Shown here piece by piece: positions 33,072-43,652 of a DNA stretch of 64,000 nt. Origin of the DNA: Candidatus Avispirillum sp. (GTDB lineage Bacteria; Bacillota; Clostridia; Oscillospirales; CAG-272). Positions within the stretch are counted from its first letter, which is position 1; every line of letters starts with the position of its first letter. Both the position numbers and the translations under genes were made by a program. The notes beneath the pieces were generated by a model, which worked only from the letters and a program-made list of their open reading frames with translations, had not been told where the DNA came from and ran no database searches. The stretch spans positions 30,083 through 94,082 of the forward strand of contig JAZLKW010000062.1 in the NCBI GenBank assembly GCA_045597805.1. The letters are read 5' to 3'.

Positions 33072-33228
33072 GTCTCATATCCCTCCATATTAGTACCAAA
33101 TTATAAACTTTATATATAAATCTGTGATAAATAAAATGTAAATATTTTTACATAACGGAAAATGTATACCATATTTACAAGTGTTCCGGGGTGTGATATA
33201 CTGTTATCATGAAATCGAGGTGACAGCA

Positions 33229-34266
33229 ATGATTTATTTCCGTTCCGATTACAGTCTCGGTGCTCACCCGGACGTGCTCCGCGCACTCTGTGAAACAAAC
33301 GAAGAGCATACAGACGGATACGGCATCGACCCTCACTGTGAAAATGCCGCGAACATGATCAAAGAGCTTATCGGGCGTACGGACGCCCGCGTCTACATGA
33401 TGATCGGCGGCACACCCTGCAACATCATCACCATTTCCTCTGCCCTGCGTCCTTACGAGGCAGTAGTTTCCGCCAGAAGCGGGCACATCTATGCCCATGA
33501 GACCGGAGGCGTTGAGGCGACAGGACATCGTGTGATATCCGTTGAGGGCATCGATGGAAAGCTCACACCCGCGCTGATAGACGAAGCACTTGCAGAATGT
33601 GACGATGAGCACACTCTCTCTGCGCGTATGGTATACATTTCCCAGCCCACTGAGACCGGCACCATCTATTCCAGAGCCGAAATGATCTCTCTTTCCGAGA
33701 AATGCCGTGAACGCGGACTTTTCCTGTACGTGGACGGTGCGAGACTCGGCTCGGCGCTGACCTGCCGTAACAACGACCTTGATATACGCACTCTCGCTTC
33801 CCTTTGCGATGCGTTCTACATCGGAGGCACAAAAAACGGCGCTATGATGGGTGAGGCGCTGGTCGTTCTCGACCCGCGCATCGACGACCATTTCCGATGG
33901 ATGATAAAGCAGCATTGCGGTATGCTTGCAAAAGGGCGGCTAATAGGCGTACAGTTCGAAGCACTGCTTTCGGGCGGTGAGAACAGTCTGTACTATAAAA
34001 TCGCCGCGTATGCGAATGAAATGGCGGAAAAGCTGAGGACGGGACTTTCGGAGCTGGGTATTGAATTTTTCGGCACGTCCCCCACGAATCAGGTATTCCC
34101 CATTCTCCCGGTCAGCACGGTCAACGAGCTTTCAAAGGATTTCTTTTTCACCCCGTGGGGACGGGAAAAGGACGGGACTATCCCGATCCGGCTCGTGACC
34201 TCTTTCGGCACGACGGAGGATGAGGTTTCCGCATTCATTGACAGAGTACGAAAACTTATACAGTAA
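33229..34266 (+). CDS. ltaE: low-specificity L-threonine aldolase
   Basis: FRSDY, GYGID, HETGG, VDGARLG, FYIGGTKNG. Confidence 0.88.
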   Translation: MIYFRSDYSLGAHPDVLRALCETNEEHTDGYGIDPHCENAANMIKELIGRTDARVYMMIGGTPCNIITISSALRPYEAVVSARSGHIYAHETGGVEATGHRVISVEGIDGKLTPALIDEALAECDDEHTLSARMVYISQPTETGTIYSRAEMISLSEKCRERGLFLYVDGARLGSALTCRNNDLDIRTLASLCDAFYIGGTKNGAMMGEALVVLDPRIDDHFRWMIKQHCGMLAKGRLIGVQFEALLSGGENSLYYKIAAYANEMAEKLRTGLSELGIEFFGTSPTNQVFPILPVSTVNELSKDFFFTPWGREKDGTIPIRLVTSFGTTEDEVSAFIDRVRKLIQ

Positions 34267-34548
34267 AAAAGAGGGATAACGGAGCGCTCACATAGGGATT
34301 TTTTCACCACCGACCGGCAAGAAATACTGATTAAAAACATCAAGTACGGCGGGAATTCCCGAATATCTAATGTAAAAATGACCGAAACGAAAGTTTCGGT
34401 CATTTTATTTCTATCCTGCCTTTGCCCGTTCTGGACACCTGCCGTACAGTTGTGCGGCGACGGTGTTCCAAAACGAACAATCAGCGGCGCCTCTCTCCAT
34501 ATGTGAGGGTTCCTAAATAATCCCTCTTTTTTATTGTTTTGTGTCTTA

Positions 34549-37284
34549 TCAGCTCAGTACCATGACCTTCAGTTTTGCCACGTCAGTAACGGATACTTTA
34601 CCGTCGCCGTCTATGTCAGCAGCGGGGACCTTATCGAGAGTACCCAGCACTATCTGCTTCAGAAGGTTGATATCCTTTGCGTTGATCTTGCCGTCGCCGT
34701 CGATATCGCCGACCACGAACGTGGGAACATCGGGATCGGACTCGCCGCAGACCGTGCAGACGCCGTCCACGAAGTTGTGTCCCGTTGCGGGATCGCCTTC
34801 AACAACGTTTGTCTCATATTCGCATACGCGGCAATAATCTCTTTCAATGCCTGCTTCCGTACAGGTAGGAGCCTTGTTCTCATGACGCATATCATGAAGC
34901 TCGGAGGAAACGAGAGTCGTACCGCACACGGAGCATTTAACAACGTGAGCGCTGTCGCTCTTCATTTCATATGTCCATGAATACTCGTCGTTATGGAATG
35001 CGATAATATCAATTGACTTTTCATAGTCACAGAAATTACATCTGTAAACGATGTTGCCGTTAGTGGTACAGGTCGCGGCAGTTCCGCCGATTTCGGTGAA
35101 GTTCTCCTGAACGGAATGTCTTGCGGGGATATACTCGGTCTTAACGGCGCCGCACTCGGTACAGGTATAGGTGGTCTCGCCCATGACCTTACAGGTTGCA
35201 GCCTTTGTTACAACGCCGTCATCCCAGTCATGCTCGCAAACATCGGCTGATGCTTCTTCAACTGCGTCGCCAAGGCTGCGGCGTACAGTTTCCATAATGT
35301 CGTAATCGTCCATATTGCCCCATGCAGAGGTGGAGAAATTGTTGAGAGACAGATATCTCACGACGTTTGTGGAAACATTTGCAACGACATCCTTTGCTGC
35401 CTTGTTGCCCTTCAGGTCGGACAGCATTTTGAGCATCTGATATTCCTCAACACCGTCGCGGAGGATCTCAACACGGAGTGTTCCCACAACGTCAACGGCA
35501 GATACTCTTGCCATGTTCTTTCCGTAGAACAGAGTTCCGTTACCGAAGATGGAATATCCGGTACCGTAGTCGTGACGGTTTACAAACCACGTGCAGGTAG
35601 ACTTTGCACCGGTTGTGGTGGAATCGTGACCTGTCTTGTATTCATCCCAGTTATTCGTGCCGTAGTAGAGATAACCGGTAACGTCGTTCTGGAAGAGCTG
35701 CCAGAACAGAAGCTTTGTCTGGAGGCCGGTGTTCTCGATAAGGTGGTTACAATAAGTATAGCCCTTATTCCAGCCTGCGGAGTATGACCACAGCTTGTAG
35801 TTGCCGCCATTGGCGTTCTCAACTATCTGATGAGACATGACTCTGTCGTGGAATTCACCGAACTGTTCGGTCCAGTCGACGTAGATCGAGCCGAACGTAT
35901 TCGTGCCTCTGTCTCCGGTGCAGTAAATACCGGAAATCGAGCAGCCCAGTTCACGGATATAAGTGTCTTCAAGTCCGTGATAGCCGACGGCGTTAAGCTC
36001 TGACTTGGGAGTGAACGCGTAGATCTGAGGGCACCACGTGGTAACGGAACCGGTGATCAGCATTTCCTCAGTACCGTCACGTCTTTCGCCGTAGGAGTAA
36101 TTATTGAGATTTTCGTGATAGGTATAGTAAGGATAGGGGTGATCCTCATGATAAGGAACTACCGTATTGGCATCGGGCCAGAAACGGCTGAGATATGCGC
36201 TGGCGCTTTTGACTTCGTCAACCGTCACACCGCCGTTATAGGGGTTCGACAGTCTGATGGCATCCTGCTGTTCCAGAGCCATGGGTTCGTCTTCAGTATA
36301 GAAATACAGCTTATCCTTGTAAGTTTCCCAGTTTGGAGATGCAGACAGCTCTTCGTACATAGGAAGATACTGACCGTACTGATTTATGCCATCCATATAC
36401 GTGGTGCCTGTTACAGAACCAAGGCCGGTCGTGGACACGCGGACTGCCGTGACCCGAGGATTGGTCAGATACGGGTTGGAAGAAGTGATCTTTCCGCCGG
36501 GAACGTCCATGGCGTTAAGTCTGTTCTCAAGAAAATAATCATAGAACGCCTGATAAGATCCGCCGTATGACGTGTTATTCCCCATGAAGAACGCCGTCTG
36601 CAGCTCGGTTTCGTCAGAAATTACGAAATCCCAGACGTGGAGGTAAACCGTTGCGGTCTTTATCTGGTTGCCGTTTGAATCATACACGTTGAGCTGTGCG
36701 GAATACCATCCTGCAGGTGTATCCTCAGCGGAGGCTGCACGGATAAGGAATGCCTGAGACTTGCCTGCGTTCAGCTTGAAAGTCGCGGGTTTGGCTTTCG
36801 TTCCGAGAGCTGAATAAGGGATCACGGGGTCGGGAGTTTCACCCGCACGGATGATAGTATCATTTGCCGTAGCACCCAGTACATAGGCGGTATTCAGCCG
36901 TGACGTGGTGACGTACATTTCATAGTACAGTTCAGCGGGAACGGTATTGCCGCTGCCGTCAGTAAAATCGGTCACCTCAATGTTCATTCCGGTTTTATCG
37001 GTCGCGGAATAGAGCACTACCTGTGCCGATTCTATCTCGTTCTTTGCCATGTAGATCGAGTAAGTTTCCTTACCCGTGGAGGTAGTGTCGGACGTAAACG
37101 TCTTGCGGAATGAATGGTCGAACCACATGGAGAGGCTTGAATCCTCATTCGCGGCAGTCTGCTTGACGTAGTTGTCCGCAGGATCGTCCGACGTCGCAGA
37201 CGCAGAGAACACGCCGAGCACGATAACGGACAGAAGAATTGCGGTCACTATGACTTCAAGAAATCTTTTCGTTGTCTTTTTCAC
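34549..37284 (-). CDS. secreted DUF4091-type putative glycoside hydrolase with Cys-rich repeats and C-terminal dockerin
   Basis: Signal peptide; AKNEIESAQ, EDEP, GYLYY, RVEILRDGVEEY; ATC..G...Y.C..CG repeats; duplicated GDIDGDGKINAKD / ADIDGDGKVSVTD. Confidence 0.8.
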   Translation of the reverse strand: MKKTTKRFLEVIVTAILLSVIVLGVFSASATSDDPADNYVKQTAANEDSSLSMWFDHSFRKTFTSDTTSTGKETYSIYMAKNEIESAQVVLYSATDKTGMNIEVTDFTDGSGNTVPAELYYEMYVTTSRLNTAYVLGATANDTIIRAGETPDPVIPYSALGTKAKPATFKLNAGKSQAFLIRAASAEDTPAGWYSAQLNVYDSNGNQIKTATVYLHVWDFVISDETELQTAFFMGNNTSYGGSYQAFYDYFLENRLNAMDVPGGKITSSNPYLTNPRVTAVRVSTTGLGSVTGTTYMDGINQYGQYLPMYEELSASPNWETYKDKLYFYTEDEPMALEQQDAIRLSNPYNGGVTVDEVKSASAYLSRFWPDANTVVPYHEDHPYPYYTYHENLNNYSYGERRDGTEEMLITGSVTTWCPQIYAFTPKSELNAVGYHGLEDTYIRELGCSISGIYCTGDRGTNTFGSIYVDWTEQFGEFHDRVMSHQIVENANGGNYKLWSYSAGWNKGYTYCNHLIENTGLQTKLLFWQLFQNDVTGYLYYGTNNWDEYKTGHDSTTTGAKSTCTWFVNRHDYGTGYSIFGNGTLFYGKNMARVSAVDVVGTLRVEILRDGVEEYQMLKMLSDLKGNKAAKDVVANVSTNVVRYLSLNNFSTSAWGNMDDYDIMETVRRSLGDAVEEASADVCEHDWDDGVVTKAATCKVMGETTYTCTECGAVKTEYIPARHSVQENFTEIGGTAATCTTNGNIVYRCNFCDYEKSIDIIAFHNDEYSWTYEMKSDSAHVVKCSVCGTTLVSSELHDMRHENKAPTCTEAGIERDYCRVCEYETNVVEGDPATGHNFVDGVCTVCGESDPDVPTFVVGDIDGDGKINAKDINLLKQIVLGTLDKVPAADIDGDGKVSVTDVAKLKVMVLS

Positions 37285-37467
37285 AGGAAAACCTCCTTGT
37301 TTCGCACACCGAATCTTCGGTTTATTTATAATTTATGATAACATCTCTTTATCTTTTTGTCAATAAATTATTCAAATTAATAGTATTAATTGTTTATTTG
37401 CTCCAATATTGATTTTTTATACCTTTTGTGATAGAATGTAGAATAGGTATTTATTTTTGAGGTCTGA

Positions 37468-38166
37468 ATGATGAAAGAAGAATTTGAAAGGACGGCTCTC
37501 ATGTTCGGAGAGGATGCCGTCGCAAAACTGCAAAGCTCACACGTGGCGGTTTTCGGACTCGGCGGCGTAGGAGGGCATGCAGTTGAAGCGCTCGCACGCG
37601 CAGGCATCGGAGAGCTTACTCTGTGCGACGGAGACGTGGTATCAAAATCAAATATCAACCGGCAGCTGATAGCGACACTCGACACCGTCGGAGAATACAA
37701 GGCCGAAGCTTTCAGGGACAGGATATCGCATATAAATCCTGATTGCAGGGTGGTCACAGTAAACAGCTTCTTCACTGGAGAGAATGCCGACAGCTTCGAC
37801 TTTTCCCGATTCGATTACGTAGTGGACGCCATCGACTCCGTAAACGACAAGATCGGGATAATATGTAAGGCAAAGGCTTCGGACGTTCCCGTCATATCTG
37901 CTATGGGAGCAGGCAACAAGACAGATCCCTCCCGCTTCGAGGTCACGGACATATCAAAGACCTCCGTGTGTCCGCTGGCAAAAGCGGTGCGGACCCGGCT
38001 GAGAAAGCTCGGCATCGAACATCATAAGGTAGTGTACTCAAAAGAAGAGCCCCATCACACCGGAAGCGTGGTCGGGTCAAACTCATTCACCCCCGGTGTC
38101 ATGGGAATGATAATCGCCGGAGAAGTGATAAAGGATATCATAGGTGAAAACGATGAAAATAACTGA
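37468..38166 (+). CDS. tcdA: tRNA threonylcarbamoyladenosine dehydratase (ThiF family)
   Basis: GLGGVG, SNINRQ, VVDAID, SAMGAGNK, CPLAK, VVYSKE. Confidence 0.9.
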   Translation: MMKEEFERTALMFGEDAVAKLQSSHVAVFGLGGVGGHAVEALARAGIGELTLCDGDVVSKSNINRQLIATLDTVGEYKAEAFRDRISHINPDCRVVTVNSFFTGENADSFDFSRFDYVVDAIDSVNDKIGIICKAKASDVPVISAMGAGNKTDPSRFEVTDISKTSVCPLAKAVRTRLRKLGIEHHKVVYSKEEPHHTGSVVGSNSFTPGVMGMIIAGEVIKDIIGENDENN

Positions 38167-39031
38167 TATCATCAGTGCTGCGTCCCCTGCCCTTTCCTTT
38201 GAGGTTTTCCCTCCGAAGACCGATTCATCTTTCGACACGGTAAAAGAGGCGACGGAGAAGATCGCGGAGCTTCGTCCCGCATTCATGAGTGTGACTTACG
38301 GCGCTGGCGGCGGTACCAGCAAATACACGCTTGATATCGCAGATAACATAAAAAAACTCTATTCCGTCCCCACGCTGGCGCACCTTACCTGCGTTTCCTC
38401 CACCCGTCAAACGGTGAAAGAGCGCATAGATGATATGAAAGCCCGCGGGATCGAAAACGTCATGGCACTTCGCGGAGACCTCACACCTGAGCTGGAAAAG
38501 GGGGACAGCAGTCTGTGGGCATACAAGCACGCCCTTGACCTCATCACAGAGCTTAAAGACAGCGGTGCGGATTTCTGCATCGGCGGTGCCTGCTATCCCG
38601 AGATACATCCGGAAAGTGCGAACCAGGCAGACGATATAAGGCATCTGAAGGAAAAGGTAGACGCCGGATGCGATTTTCTCACCACCCAGATGTTTTTCGA
38701 CAATAATCTTCTTTACAATTTCCTCTATAAAATCAGAGAAGCCGGTATAACGGTACCGGTCATTCCCGGGATTATGCCGATCACCAACGCAAATCAGCTG
38801 GAACGTGCCATAAAGCTCTCAGGCTCCTTCGTGCCTCAGCGCTTCAAGAGTCTCGTTGACCGCTTCGGCTCCGATCCCGCCGCCATGAAGCAGGCAGGTA
38901 TCGTTTATGCCACCGATCAGATCATCGACCTCTTTGCCAACGGTCTGCCGCTGGTTCACGTTTATTCCATGAACAAGCCGGACGTTGCCGAAAAAATACA
39001 GTCAAACCTCTCCGCCATACTTAAAAAATGA
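38153..39031 (+). CDS. metF: methylenetetrahydrofolate reductase
   Basis: SFEVFPPK, SVTYGAGG, AHLTC, ALRGD, TQMFFD. Confidence 0.95.
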   Translation: MKITDIISAASPALSFEVFPPKTDSSFDTVKEATEKIAELRPAFMSVTYGAGGGTSKYTLDIADNIKKLYSVPTLAHLTCVSSTRQTVKERIDDMKARGIENVMALRGDLTPELEKGDSSLWAYKHALDLITELKDSGADFCIGGACYPEIHPESANQADDIRHLKEKVDAGCDFLTTQMFFDNNLLYNFLYKIREAGITVPVIPGIMPITNANQLERAIKLSGSFVPQRFKSLVDRFGSDPAAMKQAGIVYATDQIIDLFANGLPLVHVYSMNKPDVAEKIQSNLSAILKK

Positions 39032-39594
39032 TTTTTGTCACAACGAATACTTACCCCGCTCCGCCGGTCTCGGAAAAAGAGATACTGCGGTACGCCGGAG
39101 GCGGAGGAGAAGAGGTCTCGGTGCTTCTGCGGGAATGTCTTTCAGAGATCGCGGACAAGCTCACGTATAAGGTCTGCCGTGCGGTCGTGCCTGTCTGCGT
39201 GGAGAACGGCACCGTCGGTCTGGGGTTCGCCGAAGTGCGCACATCCGACCTTGCAAAAAATCTCGACGGTTGCAAAAACGCTCTGGTATTTGCCGCCACG
39301 GTCGGTGTAGCACCGGATCGCGCTGTCGCGAAATACGGTGTCACCTCCCCCGCAAAGGCACTTATGTTTCAGGCAATAGGTGCGGAGCGCATCGAAGCTC
39401 TGTGCGACGCGGTCAGTGCAGAATACGATGGAGCTCGTCCACGCTTCAGCCCGGGATACGGCGATCTGCCGATTGAATTTCAGAAAGATATTTTCCGTCT
39501 TTTGGATTGTCCCCGGAAAATAGGTTTAACACTTAACGAAAGTCTTATCATGTCGCCATCCAAATCGGTGACGGCTATAATGGGTATAAAATGA
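39028..39594 (+). CDS. B12-dependent methionine synthase activation domain (stand-alone)
   Basis: FAATVG, RFSPGYGDLP, MSPSKSVTA; lies between metF and metH. Confidence 0.88.
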   Translation: MIFVTTNTYPAPPVSEKEILRYAGGGGEEVSVLLRECLSEIADKLTYKVCRAVVPVCVENGTVGLGFAEVRTSDLAKNLDGCKNALVFAATVGVAPDRAVAKYGVTSPAKALMFQAIGAERIEALCDAVSAEYDGARPRFSPGYGDLPIEFQKDIFRLLDCPRKIGLTLNESLIMSPSKSVTAIMGIK

Positions 39595-41954
39595 ACGTAC
39601 TTGAATACTCGGAAAACAGAATACTTATTCTTGACGGCGGCTCCGGCACTCTTCTGCAGGATGCGGGACTTCCCGCAGGTGAGTATCCCGAGCGATGGAA
39701 CGTTACCCACCCCGACGTGGTGACAAAGATCCACCGGGACTATTTTAACGCGGGCTCGGACGTGGTATACACCAATACCTTCGGAGCAAATATATTGAAA
39801 TTCTCCGAAAATGAGCTGGAAGAAATCGTCCGCAGTGCAGTGTCATGCGCACGCCGTGCGGCAGAGGAAAGCAGCTCGGACGGTGAAAAATTCGTGGCGC
39901 TGGACATAGGTCCCACCGGAAAACTCCTGAAACCTCTCGGTGACCTCGGCTTTGAGGACGCAGTCGGAATATTCGCAAAGACTGTAAGACTGGGAGTTGA
40001 CGCCGGAGTGGATCTCATCGTCATCGAGACCATGAACGACGCATACGAAACCAAAGCGGCGCTTCTCGCCGCAAAGGAAAACTCCGCGCTTCCGGTATTC
40101 GTGACCAACGCATACGGAGAGGACGGAAAACTTATGACCGGCGCCGATCCTGCCGCCTGTGCAGCTCTTCTCGAGGGCATGGGCGCCGACTGTATCGGCG
40201 TGAACTGCTCATTCGGGCCGGAAATGCTTTCGCCTGTTGTTGAAAAGTATCTTGAGCGATCCTCTGTTCCGGTAATTTTCAAGCCCAACGCGGGTCTTCC
40301 CTCTGTTGTCGTCGGTGAGACCGTTTACGATGTTTCCCCCGACGATTTCGCCGATTCCGTCTTCGGACTGGTCAAAAAGGGTGTAAGGATCGTCGGCGGT
40401 TGCTGCGGCACCACACCCGAATACATAAAAGCTCTGAAAAAGCGGTGCGGAGGTTTTGTACCCTCTCCCGTCAAGGAAAAGAATAACTGCACCGTTTCCT
40501 CATACACTCACTGTGTAGATCTCGGCGCCTCACCGGTGCTTATAGGCGAAAGGCTGAATCCCACGGGCAAGAAGCTGATGAAAGAGGCTCTCCGCTCCGG
40601 AAACAGAGACTATATTTTGTCCGAAGCTATCGGTCAAAGCGACAGAGGTGCACACATTCTCGACGTGAATGTGGGGCTGCCCGACATTGACGAGATCGCA
40701 GTTCTTAAGGATTCGGTCGAAAGCATACAGGCAGTATGCGATCTGCCCCTGCAGATAGATACCTCCGATCCCGCGGCGATGGAAAACGCACTGCGCGTTT
40801 ATAACGGAAAAGCTCTTATCAACTCCGTCAACGGCAAAGAGGAAAGCATGGAAAAGCTCTTCCCTCTCGCAAAAAAATACGGGGGCGTTCTTATTGCCCT
40901 GACCCTTGACGAAAGCGGTATACCCGACACGGCAGAGGGCAGGCTCAATATTGCAGGAAAAATCATCTCCCGTGCCGCAGAGTACGGAATAAGCAAAAAA
41001 GATATAGTATTCGACCCCCTGTGTATGGCAGTAAGCGCCGATAAAAATGCCGCAGAGGTCACTCTCAGGTCTCTCAGACTTATAGAGGAAGCTACGGGCT
41101 GCCGTACCTCTCTGGGTGTTTCCAACGTTTCTTTCGGTCTTCCCGACAGAGACCCTGTCAACTGTGCGTTCTTCGCGGCAGCGCTGGAAAACGGCTTGTC
41201 CGCCGCAATAATGAATCCTTATTCCGACGGGATGATGCGTACGTATCTTTCCTATCGCGTACTTCACGGGCTTGACGAAAACTGCGCGGATTACATCGCC
41301 TTTTCCGAAAGCTCTGACAAAGATAAAACCGCTGTCTCCGGTGAGTGTACCCTGCGTGACGCCGTAATAAAGGGCATGAAGGAACGTGCCGCAGAGATAA
41401 CAGCGAAAATGCTCTCCGACACTGATCCTATGGAAATCATCAACGGTCAGGTCATCCCCGCTCTTGACGAGGTGGGACGCGGATTTGAAAAGAAGACCAT
41501 CTATCTGCCGCAGCTGCTTATGGCGGCAGAGGCTGCAAAATCCGCTTTTGACAAAGTAAAATCCGCCGTGTCGAGATCCGGCGCAGTAAAATATCCCGTA
41601 GTGCTCGCAACAGTAAGGGGAGATATCCATGACATAGGCAAGAATATAGTACGCCTGCTTCTGGAGAACTACGGATATCAGGTAACCGATCTGGGGCGTG
41701 ACGTTCCCCCGGAAAAGGTGCTTGAAGCAGTAGAAGCCACGGGTGCTCCCGTTGTAGGGCTCAGTGCGCTGATGACCACCACAGTCCCCTCCATGAAGGA
41801 GACCGTGGAGCTTCTGCACCGGGAGGTGCCGGGCGTGAAGATCGTCGTGGGAGGCGCCGTACTGACGGAGGAATATGCCCGTCTGATCGGTGCTGACAAG
41901 TACGCTGCAGACGCTATGGAGACCGTTAGATACTGTGACGGTATAGCCTTATGA
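39591..41954 (+). CDS. metH: cobalamin-dependent methionine synthase (Hcy-binding, pterin-binding and B12-binding domains)
   Basis: LDGGSGT, GVNCS, GGCCGTTP, IGERLNPTG, GDIHDIGKNIV. Confidence 0.93.
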   Translation: MNVLEYSENRILILDGGSGTLLQDAGLPAGEYPERWNVTHPDVVTKIHRDYFNAGSDVVYTNTFGANILKFSENELEEIVRSAVSCARRAAEESSSDGEKFVALDIGPTGKLLKPLGDLGFEDAVGIFAKTVRLGVDAGVDLIVIETMNDAYETKAALLAAKENSALPVFVTNAYGEDGKLMTGADPAACAALLEGMGADCIGVNCSFGPEMLSPVVEKYLERSSVPVIFKPNAGLPSVVVGETVYDVSPDDFADSVFGLVKKGVRIVGGCCGTTPEYIKALKKRCGGFVPSPVKEKNNCTVSSYTHCVDLGASPVLIGERLNPTGKKLMKEALRSGNRDYILSEAIGQSDRGAHILDVNVGLPDIDEIAVLKDSVESIQAVCDLPLQIDTSDPAAMENALRVYNGKALINSVNGKEESMEKLFPLAKKYGGVLIALTLDESGIPDTAEGRLNIAGKIISRAAEYGISKKDIVFDPLCMAVSADKNAAEVTLRSLRLIEEATGCRTSLGVSNVSFGLPDRDPVNCAFFAAALENGLSAAIMNPYSDGMMRTYLSYRVLHGLDENCADYIAFSESSDKDKTAVSGECTLRDAVIKGMKERAAEITAKMLSDTDPMEIINGQVIPALDEVGRGFEKKTIYLPQLLMAAEAAKSAFDKVKSAVSRSGAVKYPVVLATVRGDIHDIGKNIVRLLLENYGYQVTDLGRDVPPEKVLEAVEATGAPVVGLSALMTTTVPSMKETVELLHREVPGVKIVVGGAVLTEEYARLIGADKYAADAMETVRYCDGIAL

Positions 41955-42649
41955 CTGAATTCAGACAAGAATACAAATATCTCTGTACCTTTTCTCAGGC
42001 GGCAGTATTGAAATCGAGGCTGAACGTGATTATGAAGCCCGACTCACACACGGTGGGAGACGGCTCGTACCTTATAAGGAGCGTTTATTTCGACGATCCG
42101 GATGATTCTTCATTTTATGATACCGAGGACGGTACGGATCCGCGCGCCAAATACAGACTGAGAGCATACAACTGTGACGACAGCTTCATCGTACTCGAAA
42201 GGAAAGCAAAGAAGCGCACCATGACCCACAAGGACTCGGAACGTTTGACCAGAGATCAGGCTGAAATGCTTCTCCGGGGAAAAATCCCCGCACCGGACGA
42301 TACCATGACACTCACGCTCCGCCGGATGCTTTCCGAGATGACCGAGAAAGCAATGAAGCCCTCCGTGATAGTTCAGTACAAAAGACTGCCTTACATAGAG
42401 CGCATAGGGAACGTGAGAGTTACCCTCGACACGGAAATCGCCTCCTCCTTTGCTTTTGACCGTTTTTTCAAAAAGGACATCCCTCTGAGAAAGATCATGC
42501 CGACAAACGGGTGCCTGCTTGAGGTCAAATGGGATCAGCTGCTGCCCGATCACATATACGACACACTCGGGCTCGGTCAGCTTCAGTGGAGCACATTTTC
42601 AAAATATTACCTTTGCAGAAAATACAATATCGGAGGATTATCCGTATGA
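41951..42649 (+). CDS. VTC / polyphosphate polymerase domain protein
   Basis: RQEYKY, YLIRSVYFD, KYRLRAY, VRVTLD, LEVKW, FSKY. Confidence 0.85.
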   Translation: MTEFRQEYKYLCTFSQAAVLKSRLNVIMKPDSHTVGDGSYLIRSVYFDDPDDSSFYDTEDGTDPRAKYRLRAYNCDDSFIVLERKAKKRTMTHKDSERLTRDQAEMLLRGKIPAPDDTMTLTLRRMLSEMTEKAMKPSVIVQYKRLPYIERIGNVRVTLDTEIASSFAFDRFFKKDIPLRKIMPTNGCLLEVKWDQLLPDHIYDTLGLGQLQWSTFSKYYLCRKYNIGGLSV

Positions 42650-43320
42650 CATTCAAGGATATTTTCAAAAAATCGTTTATCGAAGGCTATTCCGCCTCCG
42701 AGCTTGATCTGCCCAGCATCGCTTCCTGTCTGCTGATCGCCTGCCTTATAGGTATATTCATTTTCGCGATATACCGCGTAATATGCAGAAAAGCGTTTTT
42801 CAATAAGAATTTCAGTATCTCACTGATCGCCTTATCCGTCATCACGGCGGCGATCATTCTCACGGTGCAGTCCAGCGTGGTGATTTCTCTCGGAATGGTG
42901 GGAGCTCTGTCCATCGTCCGTTTCAGAACGGCAATAAAGGATCCTCTCGATCTCATATTTCTGTTCTGGTCCATCAGCTGCGGTATCATCGCCGGCGCCG
43001 GACTTGCCGTCATCGCGGTGACTCTCAGCGTGATCATCGCGCTGATACTGATAATATTCAATGCCATTCCCGCCGGAAAGGGGCAGAAGCTTCTTTTGGT
43101 CAGCACCGCCGATACAGATTCCGAAAAAGCACTGGTCGAAACGGCGAAAAAGCTCTGCCGCAGAGCAACAGTGAGATCACGCTCCGTGAGCGCCGGTCAG
43201 CTGGACCTGATAATGGAGGTCACCGGTGCCGATGAAGCAGCCCTTGCCCGTGAAATGATGAATATTTCCGGCGTTATATCCTCTTCCCTCATCGCTCACG
43301 ACGGCGAGGTAACGTTCTGA
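42646..43320 (+). CDS. DUF4956 membrane protein
   Basis: SLGMVGALSIVRFRTAIKDP; usual partner of VTC genes. Confidence 0.88.
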   Translation: MTFKDIFKKSFIEGYSASELDLPSIASCLLIACLIGIFIFAIYRVICRKAFFNKNFSISLIALSVITAAIILTVQSSVVISLGMVGALSIVRFRTAIKDPLDLIFLFWSISCGIIAGAGLAVIAVTLSVIIALILIIFNAIPAGKGQKLLLVSTADTDSEKALVETAKKLCRRATVRSRSVSAGQLDLIMEVTGADEAALAREMMNISGVISSSLIAHDGEVTF

Positions 43321-43468
43321 AGCAAATGTGACCTGCGTATACTCGCAGGTCTTTTTTTATTTCAAATAATCGGTGGGAAAATGCAGAAGGTAAGTTAAAC
43401 CATTTGAATATATCCTTGTATTTGGCTAATATTATATAATAAATATTCACGCAGATGCAGAAAATGTC

Positions 43469-43516
43469 TTGACAAGCGGGGGATCAGGCTGTATAATTGT
43501 TGCATATTTATACGGC
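43469..43516 (+). promoter_or_regulatory. argF promoter with candidate ARG box
   Basis: TTGACA-17 bp-TATAAT followed by TGCATATTTATAC, similar to ArgR operators. Confidence 0.65.
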
Positions 43517-43652
43517 TGATTAATACGAATGATTATCGACCGAAACGCCTGTACTACACTGCGGATATTCGAACGGCGGAAAACCGCGGACATCTGAAAA
43601 AACTGCGCGGCGTGATAAAGGAAGAACGGGCAAAAGAGAGACGAGGTAAAAA

